From Chiloscyllium plagiosum (taxonomy: Eukaryota), in the NCBI RefSeq assembly GCF_004010195.1, contig NC_057718.1, positions 55,370,621 to 55,419,360 on the forward strand: a stretch of DNA of 48,740 nucleotides, given 5' to 3'. The translations under genes and the position numbers were made by a program. Below, piece after piece: positions 1-12,940 of the stretch. Every line of letters starts with the position of its first letter. The first letter of the stretch is position 1. The notes beneath the pieces were generated by a model. The model had not been told where the DNA came from. It did no database searches and saw only the letters and a program-made list of their open reading frames with translations.

Positions 1-67
1 GTCGATTCTCCTGTTCCCTGGATGCTGCCTGACCTGCTGCGCTTTTCCAGCAACACATTTTCAGCTC
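1..67 (+). mobile_element. Penelope-like pseudo-LTR 3' fragment, cut by window edge
   Basis: near-identical to ~35699-35765, which follows a GIY-YIG C-terminus, and to the reverse complement of 1214-1281. Confidence 0.8.
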
Positions 68-999
68 CTATCTCTTAAGGCAGCTTTCTTTCTCTTCCAT
101 TTTCTTTTTTCTTCTTTCCCCTCCTTAGAGGGATAAGCATCTCTCTCCAAAGAAGCACCAAGAACATTTCTTAGGTTATAAACTAATATGATTGCAAAAT
201 CATTCGTACATTTGCCTTTCCTAGTATTCCTTGTAGATTTTGGGTGAACTCATTATGTAGCTCTCAAAGGATATATTATTGCTGTAAATATTCCTTGTCT
301 TCAGTCACATTACAAATTGTAAAATGGGTAATGTTAAAATGGGCTCAATTTTTAAGAATGCAAGCTAATTGATTAAATGTTCTGGCCTCGTTTCTCATGA
401 ACTCCAGCGCCTTTCAACATGTGGTCATATCATGTGGTACACACATGCAGTAAAAAACTCTTTGGAATTTTGTTTTCCTTCACAAAATGTTCTAGGGTCT
501 CTAGCAGTCACCTGAATGACTACAGATCTTCTTGCCAAACAATGCCAGCATTCAATACTCCTTTAATTTTAGTAACAGCATAGTTTATGCATTGACACTC
601 AAACGTGGAGTTTGAGCAGTCATCTAACTGAGAGGTTACATTGCTATCAACTGAGACAGTTTAAATGGCTATTGTTGAATCCTGCTTTGAAAAGGAATAA
701 AGATTAATATTTAACCAGTTATTGTTTCAGTAACATTGTGTTGCAGATTGCTATCTGTGTGATGAATGAATTATTGTTTTTTTTTAAATTTAGTAGGGTG
801 GTGTTAATTGTGAATCCAGAAGTAAGGATCTCATGCAGTCAGAACAATTCCAATTTTTTCGATTGGTCCAACCAAATGCTGAGGCAACTGAAGTCATTAT
901 CTTCAGTATCTGTTGCAAACCTTGTTACCAGCTATCAACTCAATTTTTCTTCACAGACAGATAATTGCCTTCTTATTTGACCCATAGCTGAGCTTCTAA

Positions 1000-1640
1000 C
1001 CTCATACTGTCTTGATCGCCAAAGCCATCCACATTCAACTCCTTAATGTTGTCCATCTTTGTCTCTGCTTCAGCTCATTTTCCACAGAAACCATTATCCA
1101 TACCGATGTTATCTTTAGACCAAAGTATATTAATATTCTCCCAATTAGTGTTAAACTCATTAGTTGGGCTTGCAACTTGTCCTCTTATCCATCCCTGTAT
1201 TAGCTCTTTGTTTGAGCTGAAAATGTGTTGCTGGAAAAGCGCAGCAGGTCAGGCTGCATCCAGGGAGCAGGAGAATCGACGTTTCGGGCAAGAGCCCTTC
1301 TGCGCTTTTCCAGCAACACATTTTCAGCTCTGATCTCCAGCATCTGCAGTCCTCACTTTCTCCTTAGCTCTTTGTTTGACAACAATTTGATTTTAAAATT
1401 TTTGTTCTTGTTTTAAAGTCTCTACACAGTTTCTCTTCTCCTATCTCTATAACCTCTTGCTATCCCTACAACTTGTGATCATTTGTGCTGCTGTATACCT
1501 TGATTTAATGCTGCGTACAATTTACGACTGTGCCTTGACCTGATTATGTTCTGAGCTCTAGAATTTTCTCCCTAGAACCTGTCCATCTCTCTATCACACT
1601 TCTCTTTAAAGACTCTCCTTAAACCTATCTCTTTGCCTAT
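1000..1640 (+). mobile_element. decayed L2-like LINE 3' region
   Basis: TETIIHTDVIFRPKYINIL resembles the L2 AETLIHAFVTSRLDYSN motif; a later FKIL..FK-like segment; boundaries approximate. Confidence 0.5.
1216..1363. mobile_element. miniature Penelope-like insertion made of two inverted pseudo-LTR pieces, with TSD
   Basis: gagctgaaaatgtgttgctggaaaagcgcag is inverted as ctgcgcttttccagcaacacattttcagctc; flanked by ttagctctttgtttga at 1200-1215 and 1364-1379. Confidence 0.85.
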
Positions 1641-1869
1641 CTGGATTATTTTCTAAGAAGAAATCTGTTAATTGTTTTGAGAATTAATATTTCCCCTGTT
1701 AATTTAATCTAGAGTAATGTTGGGAATAAAAGGGGAAGGTATTGTGATCAGTGAAAAACAATGTATTTGCTGCTGACCTTTAAGAAAGCAGTCCATTAAA
1801 ATTTCTGAGCCATGGATTAGTTGTTAGAAATATCTCTTTGAATCTTGCACCAAGTCAAAGAGTGTCAAG

Positions 1870-2527
1870 TTGAAAGTAAGCATGCAGATGCAGCAGGCGG
1901 TGAGGACGACAAATAGTATATTGGCCATCATAACGAGGATTTAGATACAGCAGCAGGCATGTCTTGCTGCAGTAGTACAGGGCATTGGTAAGACCATACC
2001 TGGAATATTGTGTGCATCTTTGGTCTCCTTACTTGAGCAAGGATGTTATGACTACGGAGAGAGTCCTGGGTATAGCAAGATTGGTGTTTGGGAAGAGCCT
2101 GGATGACTTAGGACTATATTCACTACTAGAGTTTTTAGAAGAATTGGGAGGGAAGCTCATAGAAACCTGTAAAATTCTAATAAAATTTGACACGATAGAT
2201 GCAGAAAGGATGTTCTCAATCATTGGGGAGTGCTGAACCCAAGGTCAAAGTCTTCAGGATAAAGGGTAGCCTTTTTAGGAAAGAGACAAGAAGAAATTTC
2301 TTCACCCGGAGAGTGGTGAGCCATTGGAATTCTGTGCCACAAAGTGGTGAAGATGAAATATTTAATGATCTTAAGGAGATAGATTTTATTTCTTGAGGCT
2401 AAAGGGATCAAAGGATGTGAGGAGAAAATGGGAACAGGGTACTGAATTGACTAATCAGACATGATTGTATTGAATGGCAGAGCAGTCTCAAAGGGCTAAA
2501 TGGCCTATTCCTGCTCCTATATTCTAT
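1870..2527 (+). mobile_element. CR1 LINE 3' fragment (decayed)
   Basis: VRPYLEYCVHLWSPYL and RRNFFTRRVVSHWNS motifs; CR1 tail gggctaaatggcctattcctgctcctat. Confidence 0.85.
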
Positions 2528-3051
2528 GGTTCAAAGTTTTGTAAACTGCTGGTATGTTGAAATATTTTCAGAGCAAACCTGGAAGTTAAAAACTCTGCAT
2601 CTTTCAATTTTAATTTTAAAAGAATATAGATGATAGGGATATACACATGGATTAAATACAAGCTCATATAATTATAAATCACAAAATAAATATCTTGCAT
2701 TTCTCCAGCTATGGGTTTGAAGATGGGGGGACACAAAATGAAGTTGTTTTCCTCCAACCACCCACTCTCCCCAGAACTGTAAACTTTTGCAGGCATAGAG
2801 GAAGGATCAGGTGGCCACCTACTTTGGGGCCAATTGATGGATACTTAAATGCCTCATCTTGCCTTCTGATTTTTTTTTTTAATAAGTGGTTATCAATAGA
2901 CCCAAGTATGGGTAAACTGCCCAATTCTTACCTTATCCTTGTACAATCTTACAATGACTTCACCCTTCCCGATACTTAACTGGAGGAAATTTCTTCACAT
3001 GCAGTATCAGTTGGTTAAGCAATGTGATAGCAACAATAGAGAAATAGAAGG

Positions 3052-3148
3052 TTCTGATGAAGAGTCACTGGATTCAGAAGATTAACTCCACTTTCTGTCC
3101 ACAGATGCTGCCAGACCTGAGTTCTCCAGCAATTTCTGTTTTTGTTAT
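3052..3148 (+). mobile_element. Penelope-like pseudo-LTR fragment with degenerate hammerhead
   Basis: gttctgatgaagagtcactggattc...ttaactc...cacagatgctgccagacctg; same family as 23270-23369 on the - strand. Confidence 0.65.
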
Positions 3149-3179
3149 AGAGTTGTCGAGTAAAGTGGTGGTGGTGAGG

Positions 3180-3400
3180 TCGAGCTGGTCATCAGAGTAC
3201 ATGTGAAAACTAATGTTTTGCTTTTATGATATCAAGAAAGAACAGCATGTAAGTGAGAAAAAGGAGGGGACCAAGTATAGATCCATGGGAACGCCAGATG
3301 TAATGGTGTAAAAGCAAGAAGAGAAGTCATTCAAAGTGTTTTTTTTCTATATTTCAATAAGAATGGAACTGGGTGAATATATTTGCTATGATAGGAGACA
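3180..3400 (-). mobile_element. L2-like LINE RT fragment
   Basis: reverse strand reads GVPMDLY-/GSILGPLLFLTYMLF (frameshifted) and FHMYSDDQL. Confidence 0.6.
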
Positions 3401-3499
3401 AATAAAGTAGCTGAAAATCATTGGGACTATGATAGCCTATGGAGTTCCCATATAGGTGTCTTGTAGCTGAAATTATTGACTTCCAACACTCTCAATCAT

Positions 3500-3850
3500 C
3501 TTTCTTTGTGCTCAAATGCTACCTTTTTGTCAAGGGCAATCACACTGAATTTTCCTCTTGAGCCCATCTCTTTTGCCCGTGTCTGGATTGAAACTGCAGT
3601 GAAGTCAGGAGCTGAGTGGACCTGGCAGAAACCAAACCGCTTCACTGAGCAAGTTATTGTTGCACTGCCAATAATATATTCCATTGCTTCAATGATAATT
3701 AAATCTTAACTTACAGGGTGGTAGTTGGCCAGGTTGGATTTGACCTGCTGTTTGTGGACACGACATATCTAGATAATTTTTCATAATCCCGGATAGATGT
3801 CAGTGTTGGATTTGTACTAGAACCACATAGAACACTATTTTTCAGAACTT
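3500..3850 (-). mobile_element. LINE RT fragment (CR1/L2 superfamily)
   Basis: RFGFCQVHSAPD...VIALDKK matches the RT QFGFR and ALDxxxAFD motifs. Confidence 0.6.
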
Positions 3851-3879
3851 TTGTTGGAAATTTCTCACTTACAAGCATG

Positions 3880-6484
3880 CGAATTAGGAATAGGAATAGG
3901 CCATTCAGCTCCTTCAGGCTGCTCTGTCATTTAATAAGATCATGGCTGGTCTTATTGTAATGTCAAATTAATATTCCGACCTGTACCGATTACAGTCCTC
4001 CCCTCCTTGCTTTAACATGAATAAATCTATTCCTACCTTAAAAATATTCAAGGATTCTGTTTCCACCAGCTTTTCGTGAAGTGAGTTCCAAACACTAATC
4101 TCTGAGAGATACAATTAATCTCATTTTTGTTGTAAGTGGGCAGTGTTATCATTGACCCCTAATCCTAGATTCTCTCATAAGGAGAAAATCCTCTGTATAT
4201 CTAGTCTGTAAAAATCCATTAAGATTTTACTTTTCAATCGAATTACCTCTTACTGTCCAGTGAATACAAGTCCAGCCTGTCCAATGTTTCCTCATAAGAA
4301 AATTTCCCATTCCAGATATTATCCTTTAAAATTTGGCTGAACTGCCTCCAGTACATTTATATCCTTCCTTAAATAAGGTGACTAGTATTATACACTGTAC
4401 TCCTGATGTGTTCTTGCCAGTTCCCGGTGTAACTAAAGCATGACAACTCTGTATTTCATTCCTTTTGCAATAAATGTCAACATTCTGTTAGTTTTCCTAA
4501 TTAAACAGCTGGAGCTATGTGCTAACCATTTTGTGATTCATACATGGGGACATCCAGAATCCCACTGTATCTCAGATCTCTACAAGCTCTCACAATTAGA
4601 TTATATGTTTGTAATTCTTCCTGCCAAAATGGAGAGTTTCATATTTTCCCATGTTATATTGCATTTGCCATGTCTTTGTCTACTCAGTTAACCCACAGTG
4701 AATCTTTCTGTAGCTTCCTTTTATCCTGTTCACAATTTACTTTCCTATCTATTTTGCACTGTCAGCAAGTTTGGCAACTATATTTCCATCCTATCATCTA
4801 GTCATTCATATAAACTGTAAGCATTTTGAGATCTCAGCTGAAATTCCTGTGGTACACCACTAATCACATATCACCAATCTAAAAAAGACTAATTTACACC
4901 TACTCTCCACTTCCTCTTAGCCAGCCAGTCTTCTATCAACACTAGTGAGCTGTCTTGACAGTTTTTAATTTTTTCAATAACCGTTGAGGTGATGCATTAT
5001 CAGATGCCTCCTAGAAATCTGAGTATTGTACATCCACTAGTTACGTTTTATTCGCAGCACATGTTACCCTCTCAGAGAATTCCAAGAGATTGGTTAAACA
5101 TGGTTTCCTTTTCACAAAATCATGCCGACTCAGCCTAATTCCCTTAAACTTAGCCAAATGTCTTCCCATAACTTCTTTAATAATATTTTCCAATGCAATT
5201 TCTATGACTGGCATTAAGCTAACTAGCCTGTGCTTTCCTACTGTCTGTCTCCCTCTGTGTTTGAATAAGGAGGTTACATGCACTATCATGTAATCTACTG
5301 GTATCTTGCCTGAATAAAATAAGTTTTGCAAAATTAAAATTAATCAAAACTGCATCAACTATCGCACTAGCCACTTCTTTTAAGATCCTTAGATGAAGTC
5401 CATTAGCCCGCATCTCTAACCATCACTCTGTTCCTTCCTTCCTTTCCTGATTTGTCATTACTTCTGAAATGTTACTTGTATCCTCATACAAAGATTCATA
5501 CAAAATACCTTTCAATTAATCTGCGTTGTTCATGTATCTGTCATAATGCCATCTGCATTATTTTACATTACTAATTCTCCAGTGTTCCTATCTAAAAGAG
5601 CAGCATCCACTTTGTTTACTCTTTTCTTCTTTATGTAGTAACAGAAACTCTTGTTATCCATTTTTTGTATTTATGATTAGCTTTTTTCCTCATTCTAATA
5701 TTTCCCTGCCATTAATTTTTTGATCATTCTTGCTGTTTTTATATTCTGTCCAATCTTCTGGCCTGTCACCTTCCTTTGCAATAGTTATATACCATTTTTT
5801 TTAGTTTGATACTATCTTTAGCATTTCTAGTTGGCCACAGTGGTGGGGTCTGGACTTTAGGTGTTTTCTTATTCCTTGGAATGTATCTATTCCATATATT
5901 CTATTTCCTTAAATGTCAGAGAACGCATCCCTGTTTACTTTATTCTTGAACCTAATTTACCAGTTCATTTTCATCAGCTCTGCTTTCATCTCCCAATAGT
6001 TCCCCTTATTTAACTTTTTAAGAATAGCCTTTGACCCACTCCTCTCTCCTTCAACTAAATGTAAAATTCAGTCATATTATGATCATTTACTACCTCGGAA
6101 CACCTTCACTGTAAGATCATTAACTAATTCTATTTCATTGTGCAATGTCACATTTAGTAGAGTTAGCTCTCTGGTCAGCTCTAGAACATGCTGTTCTCAG
6201 AAGCTATCTTGAAAATTTCAATGAACTCCTCATCGATGCTACACTTGACAACTGACTTTTCCAGGTGATCAGTAGATTAAAATCTAACAATTATTAGCAT
6301 GTCTTTCTGACATAATATAATATAATATTTCTTCCTTTATGCTCCACCCTACTATTCAGTTACTGTTCGGGGGCCTGTATACCACTTCCATAAATGACTT
6401 TTTGCCTTTATCATTTCTCATTTCTATTTCCACATCTTAGTTCCCTGAATTTACGTTATCCCTTGCTTTTATGCTAATACTCTG
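3880..6484 (-). mobile_element. old CR1 LINE, interrupted by the Gypsy element and resuming at ~12941-13400
   Basis: tail ggaataggccattcagc at ~3893; ORFs HRLVSLMPVI..., KPCLTNLLEFSE and GLHLRILKEVASAIVDA. Confidence 0.8.
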
Positions 6485-7220
6485 TGTGACAATGCTGCTC
6501 CTTTGACAAGGTTATGTTGTCCATGGTTTTCTTTTCAGAATGGTTGTAAACCCAGACACTCCAGGAGGTCCAGGTTTGAAGGGTTTTAGGGCCAATTTGT
6601 TTATAGCTAACATATGCTGCCTCAGGCAAAAGGGTTTCAAGATGTTTAAAAAAAACGCTTGTATATTGAAAGTGAAGTGGCCAGTTTTCTTGCTTGGTTT
6701 GGTTTGGATTTAGCGGTCTGGCTGTTCATTGAAAGCAGTCAGTCAGTTTGAGGCTGCTGTTCCAAGGAACAGCTACATGGAAGAGGATGTTCCATGCTGA
6801 ATCTCTCTGTCATTTCTCTCTCGCTCTCTCGTGCACTCGCTCGCTCTCTCTCGCGCTCTTGCTCTCTCTGTGTCTCCCCTGCCCCCAACTCTCCCCCTCT
6901 CCTGTAAGATCCTGTGTTTCATTCGTTTTTGTTTGCCAGGGGTCTTTGTGGGGATTGTCGTAGGAATTTTGAACAGCATCAATAAGTTGGGTAATCTTTT
7001 GGTTTGCAGATAAATAAGTTATTCTATATTCTGTTCTCTTTTGTGTGTATTTCATTCGGTAATCTTGCAAGTAAATTCTGTTTTGTTTAAAACTAAGTGA
7101 CTGGGCCAGCTACATCACTCTGGTATATCCATTTTACACTACCTTAAAACAAGTAGCAAAGTTAGGGAGTCGGGAATACTTTTAGAAATGTTTTGAGAGG
7201 GTCTGACCCTGGCCGTAACA
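6485..7220 (+). repeat. 5' LTR
   Basis: tgtgacaatgctgctcc...ccgtaaca; collinear with 12274-12940; carries a longer CT-rich tract at ~6805-6900. Confidence 0.9.
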
Positions 7221-7223
7221 GAC

Positions 7224-7242
7224 TGGGGGAAATTTGCAGGAT
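7224..7242 (+). other. degenerate primer-binding site (tRNA-Pro-like)
   Basis: tgggggaaatttgcaggat 3 nt after the 5' LTR resembles tgggggctcgtccgggat. Confidence 0.45.
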
Positions 7243-10200
7243 TTGTTCTGTTGTTCAGATTTGGTATTAAGGTTGCCTGGCTCGAAGGCAGTGAGTGCTA
7301 GGTGTTAGTGTCTTTTGTTCTGGGTGTTGATTTTGGTTGGTTTAAACCATGCTTGGGAAACTCTTTCAGTCACTAAGAGTTTTCTGGCAGTGGAAGAATG
7401 GGACTTTGGAGGTTTTACAAAATGTGATTAAAGTCAAGCTACTGGAATTAGCAGACAAGTTGGGGTTGGAGCTGCCTCCTCCCCATAATGAAAGGAGAGA
7501 TAATTACAAACATAACTCAGTATTTAAATTTGTTGGAAACGCCATCTGAATCTTTAGAGATGGCTAAAGTTCAATTGAAATGAAGTAGCTTGAGTTAGAG
7601 GCTAAAGACTAGGAAAGGGCCACAGAAATGAAACTCTTTGTTTGAATTACGATTAAAAGCAGGGGAAAGAGAAAAAAAATGAAAAACCCCAGCAGAATAA
7701 AAAGGAAAGGACTAAATCGCCTTAGCAGAACAAAAAGAAAAGAGAGCGCGAAGGGAGAGAAAAGCGGAGTGAGGGAAGGATGAAAGAGAGGGAGATTGAA
7801 CTTCAGGAAATGGTACTTAGACAGGAAAAGTCAGCTTAAAAGGATGTAGATGAAGGTGAAGATAAGCTTGGTAAGGAAGAGAGTGAGAGTGAACAAACTC
7901 ATGGTAGCCAAAGACCTGGTGAGAATCTATTTCAATATATTCAAGTATTGCCTAAATTTGATGGTAAGGATGTGGAAGCCTTTTTATCTCATTTGAAAAG
8001 GTGGCTAAACAAATGCAGTGGCCAGTGATTATGTGATCCAAACAAAACTTGTAGGTAGAGCGAGTGAGGTATTTGCATCACTATCAGAGGAGGTATCTGA
8101 GACCTATGAGGCGGTGAAGAAAGCTATCTTAAGTGCATATGAGCTCATGCCAGAAGCCAACAGACATTTCGGGAATCTAGGAAGGCACCCTGGTCAAACC
8201 TACATTGAGTTTGAAAGGATCAAACAAGGCAATTTTGCTAGGTGGATAAGGGCATTAAACATACAGTAAACCTATGACGCTCTTAGACAGATGGTAATTT
8301 TGAATGAGTTAAAAAATTCACTTCCTGAAGTAGAACTCGTGGAAGAGCAGAGAGTTAAAACGGCAAGATAACAGCTAAAATGGCTGATGACTATGAGTTG
8401 GTCCATAAATCAAAGATTGGCTTCCAACATCAATTTCAATCCATGAGGGATAGAAATTGGGGTAAAGAAAAATCCTCACATGGAAAGGGAAAGGTAGATC
8501 TCAGTGAAGATCATAAGGATAACTTACCACAGGGTAAAAAAGAAACCCTTGAAAGGGAAAGAGAAGTTTAAAAAGCTGTGGTGTTTTCACTGCAACAAAA
8601 TAGGCCACATGAAACCATAGTATTGGTAGGTTAGGAAAAGCACTGGGAAGCCAACTGTAGGAAAACAGAATAAGCCAGTGAATTTTGTTGAAGTGGTAAT
8701 GGAAAGCACAGTGGAGGCTAGAAAGTTTCACCGAAATGTATAACCTGGTCAGAGTTTGGTTCAGGAGGAAGTGCCAGATCTTCTTGAACCATATACCTGA
8801 GAAGGTAAAGTTTACTCATGTAGGTGAGTAGCAGCAGGTAAAGAGATTGCAATATGAAAAAAACCCAAGAACTCCTCAATCATTTTGATTTTGAAAGATG
8901 AGGAGATAAGTACCTTTTGAAGGACTATTGTCAGAAAAGGTGCAAGTACCAGGAATTCACAGTAAGACAAGAAGCACTCAATTATGTAAAGTGAAGTTAG
9001 AGTGGCCAATGAAGAATGGAGATGTCATGGTAGGAGTATTGGGCAAACTTTCAGCTCCAGGTATACAATTTGTCTTTGCTAACGATACAGCAGGTTCACA
9101 GGTAAGGTTGCTGCCTACAGTGGTTGAAAAGCCAGTAGAAACTCAGGCAATTGAACTACTGCAGCACACATATCTTTGGATTTTTCCCGACTGTGTGTTA
9201 TGAGGTCACAAAGTCCCCAGTTGAAACCGGAAAGAACAAACAGTACAGATAAGAAGGTTGAAGTGGAATTAATAGAGACCCTGTTTGATCAAATGGTTGA
9301 GACAAACCAGGAGCAGATACATGACAAAGCAGACATCTATAGCTCAGATAAATTAACTGAGTTACAGCAAAAAGATGAAAATTTAAACCAATTATATCAA
9401 AAGCCATGCACGGAAAAAGAATCTGAATGTATCCCTGAATGCTACTATCTTAGAAATGATGTCTTAATGAGGAAATGGAAACCATCACATATTCAGGCAG
9501 ATGAGAAATGGGCAGAAATTCATCAAGTCATATTGCCAGTGGGTTATAGAAAGGTGGTGTTGCAAGTGGGGCATGAACTACCAGTAGGGGGACAATTAGG
9601 GGTAAGAAAAGCAAGCTAAAATACAAAAGAAATACTGGCGTGGGCTGCGCAAGGATAAGATTGAATTTTGCCAGACAAGTCATACATGTCAAGTAATTGG
9701 AAAACCACAGGCAGTAGTAAAACCCACACCTTTAATACCTATTTCTGCATTTGAGGAACCTTTTACAATAATCTTAGGATTCAATCTTGTAAAGACCCTT
9801 ATCTAAAATAAAAAGTGGAAATCAGTATTTGATGGCATTAATGGATGTGCCTGCTAGATTTCCAGAGGCCATTCCATTATGCAGTATCACAGCTAAAAGG
9901 ATTGTAGAGGAGTTAGTCAATTTCTTTCACTAAATCTGGACTACCCACAGAGATACAATCAGATCAAGGGTCAAACTTTACATCGAAATTATTCAAGGAA
10001 GTTATGGACAGTTTACAATTAAAACAATTCAAACCTACTGCATACCATCCAGAATCACGGAGTGCTAGAAAGGTGGTATCAGACACGAAAGACCATGTTG
10101 ACGGCTTACAGTCAAGACTATCCAGATGATTGGGATAAAGGAATTCCGTTTGTACTTTTTGCCATCAAAGATGCACCCGATTAAATTGACCAAATTTATT

Positions 10201-12260
10201 CCATTTAAATTAGTTTTTGGGCTTGAAGTGAGAGGACCACTAAAATTGATTAAGGAGAAATTAGAATGTTAGAATTCGGAGACCACATATTTGGACCTTG
10301 GGTCAGATTTTAAGGAACAAATCAATGAAGCAAGGGTGTTGGCTCGTCAGCATTTAAAGATATCACGGTATATAATGAAACGGGAAGCAGACAAGAAATC
10401 AAAACCTCGCAATTTTACTATCAGGGATAAAGTGTTATTGTTACTTGCAGTCATAGGTGAACCTTTAAACCAAGGTTTAGTGGACCTTATCAAGTTGAAA
10501 GGAAATTGAGTGAGATGAAGTATTTGATAAGGACTCCAGACAGAAATAAATCTCAGTGTGTGTCATGTGAATATGCTCAAAAGGTATTTTGACAAGGAAG
10601 GAAAGCAAAGAAGATTGTATTATTGGTTACAATACTGATTGAAGAACCAAGTTATGAGGATTCTGAACTGGACATTTTCCAAATTAAATTGGCCAATGAG
10701 GGAATTGATCCAAATTTTTGCCAATCATTGAGTTACCTTCCTGAGGAATATCAAAATGACCTGAAAGAGTTATTACTATCACAGGGGGAGATATGTGGAA
10801 ATAATAGGTAAGTACTTCCCAGTTTATGCATGATGGAGATACAGGAGATGCTGTTCCGATGAAGCAACATTCTTATAGGCATAACCCTCTAAAGTTGGCA
10901 CAGCTTCAAAAGGAGATTGAAAGCTTGCTCCAAGACGACACAATCAAAGTGAGTTACAGTGATGGGAGCTCACCCTTAGTAATGGTGCCAAAACCAGGTG
11001 GTACCCAATGATTATGAGTAGACTGTTGCAAAGTCAATGTAGTTACAAAGACTGATGCATATCTATTTCCGTGTTTGGAAGAATGTATTGAAAAGGTGGG
11101 ACTAGCAACTTATGTTTCTAAGTTTGACTTGCTTAGAGGATACTGGCACATAACTTTGTCCTAAAGACTGAAGACAATTTTGGCTTTTGTAATGGGCTGT
11201 ATCAGTTTAAAGTCATGCTGTTTGGTATGAAAGATGCACCAGCCACATTTCAGAGTCTAACCAATAAGGTCATTGCCAGATCACCCAATTGTGTATTTTA
11301 TATTGATGACCTGGTGATTTTTAAAACCATATGGAAGGAACATTTGCAACATTTATCAGAATTGTTGGATTGAATTCAGGAGGTAGGCTTGGTGATAAAC
11401 CTGGCTAAAACTGAATTTACCACAGCCCAAGCCACCTTCCTACGCCATGTTATTGGACATGAACAAATGGCCCCACGGAATGAAAAAACAGAGTAATTGA
11501 GGAGTTTCAGTACCATTTGACAAAAAGAGCAATACTACTGTTGCTGGGATTGAGTGGATTTTATTGAAAATTCATACCAAATTTTAGCAATGTGGTGGCT
11601 CCACTCATTGAATTGCTAAAAAAAGGCAAGAAGTTTCAGTGGACAGCAGACTGTCAGAAGGCACTTAATAGCATGAAAGCTGTGTTAACCACTGCCCCAG
11701 TGCTAGCCACGCCTAACTACGCAAAGCCATTCAGAGTGGCTGTTGGTGCGAGTGATGTAGGTGTTTTACTAGGAAAACAATGAGAAGATAGAAAGACTGC
11801 TTGTGTATGTCTACAGGAAATTGAACATTCATCAGAAGTATTGGACAGTTGAGAAGGAAACTTTGAGTTTGGTGTTGGCATTACTACATTTCAATGTTTA
11901 TGTTGCCAGTAATGTATCTGAGACAATCATATACACTGATCATAACCTATTTTTGTGGAGAAATTTAAGGACAAAAATTCCAAACTGTTTAGATGGAGCT
12001 TGTTGTTGCAACCATTCATTTTTGAATATTGTGCATGTGACAGGATGAGAAAACATGATTGCTGACACATTGTTGAGACTTGAATGAGAAATGGAGGCAT
12101 TTGGTGGCAAGAGTAAAACAGACTGAAACAAAATGTAGTAGTGCATGTTTGCATGATTATTGTCAACATTATGCATATGAGTATTGTAGTATACTAACAA
12201 TTTAAGATTAAGGTGTTTTAAAATGAAGCCATCTTTTGATGTTGATGGTTCTTTTTTTTT

Positions 12261-12273
12261 GAAAGGGAGGAGA
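12261..12273 (+). other. polypurine tract (PPT)
   Basis: gaaagggaggaga abuts the 3' LTR. Confidence 0.85.
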
Positions 12274-12940
12274 TGTGATGATGCTGCTCCTTTAATGACA
12301 TTATGCTCACCTGGCTTTTTTTCAGAGCCGTCATAAACCCAGCAACTCCAGGAGGTCTAGGTTTGAAGGGTTTTGGGTCAGTTTGATTATAACGAACAGA
12401 TACTGCCTCAGGCAAAATACTTTCAGGTTTTTTTGGGAAAAACATATTTCGTACAATGAAAGGGGATTGGCCAATTCTCCCAGCTCTGCTTTTCTGTTGT
12501 TTGGTTTTGTCTTTAGCAATCTGGCTGTTCATTGAAAGCAGTCAGTCAGTTTGAGGCTGCTGGTCCAAGAAACAGCTACATGGAAGAAGGTGTTCCGTGC
12601 TGAATCTATCTGTCACATCTCTCTCTCTCTCTCTCCTGTAAGACCCTGTGTTTGATTTTTACCTTCTTTTTGCCAAGGGGTGTTTATGGGGATTGTTGCA
12701 GGAATTTGGAACATCATCATTAAGTTGGGATAATCTTTTGGATTTTTAGATAGATTGTTATTCTATACTCTGTTCTCTTTTGTTTGTATTTTATTTGCTA
12801 ATCTTGCAAATAAATTCTGCTTGGTTTAAAACTTAGTGACTGGGCCACCTGCATCACTCCTGGAATAAAACAACTCGCAACGTTTGGGCCCAGGCTACTT
12901 TCTTGAAATGTTTTGAAGGGGTCTGGCCTGGTCCATAACA
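12274..12940 (+). repeat. 3' LTR
   Basis: tgtgatgatgctgctcc...ccataaca; preceded by a polypurine tract. Confidence 0.9.

Larger units (their letters stand above)
6485..12940 (+). mobile_element. decayed Gypsy/Ty3 LTR retrotransposon, Gmr1-like (gag-[PR]-INT-RT-RNaseH)
   Basis: TG...CA LTRs; capsid-like YEAVKKAILSAYEL; CFHCNKIGH knuckle at 8582; INT QSDQGSNFTS at ~9956 and GPY module at ~10480; RT YIDD at 11299; RNase H EKETLSLVLALLHF...IYTDH; many stops and frameshifts. Confidence 0.93.
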
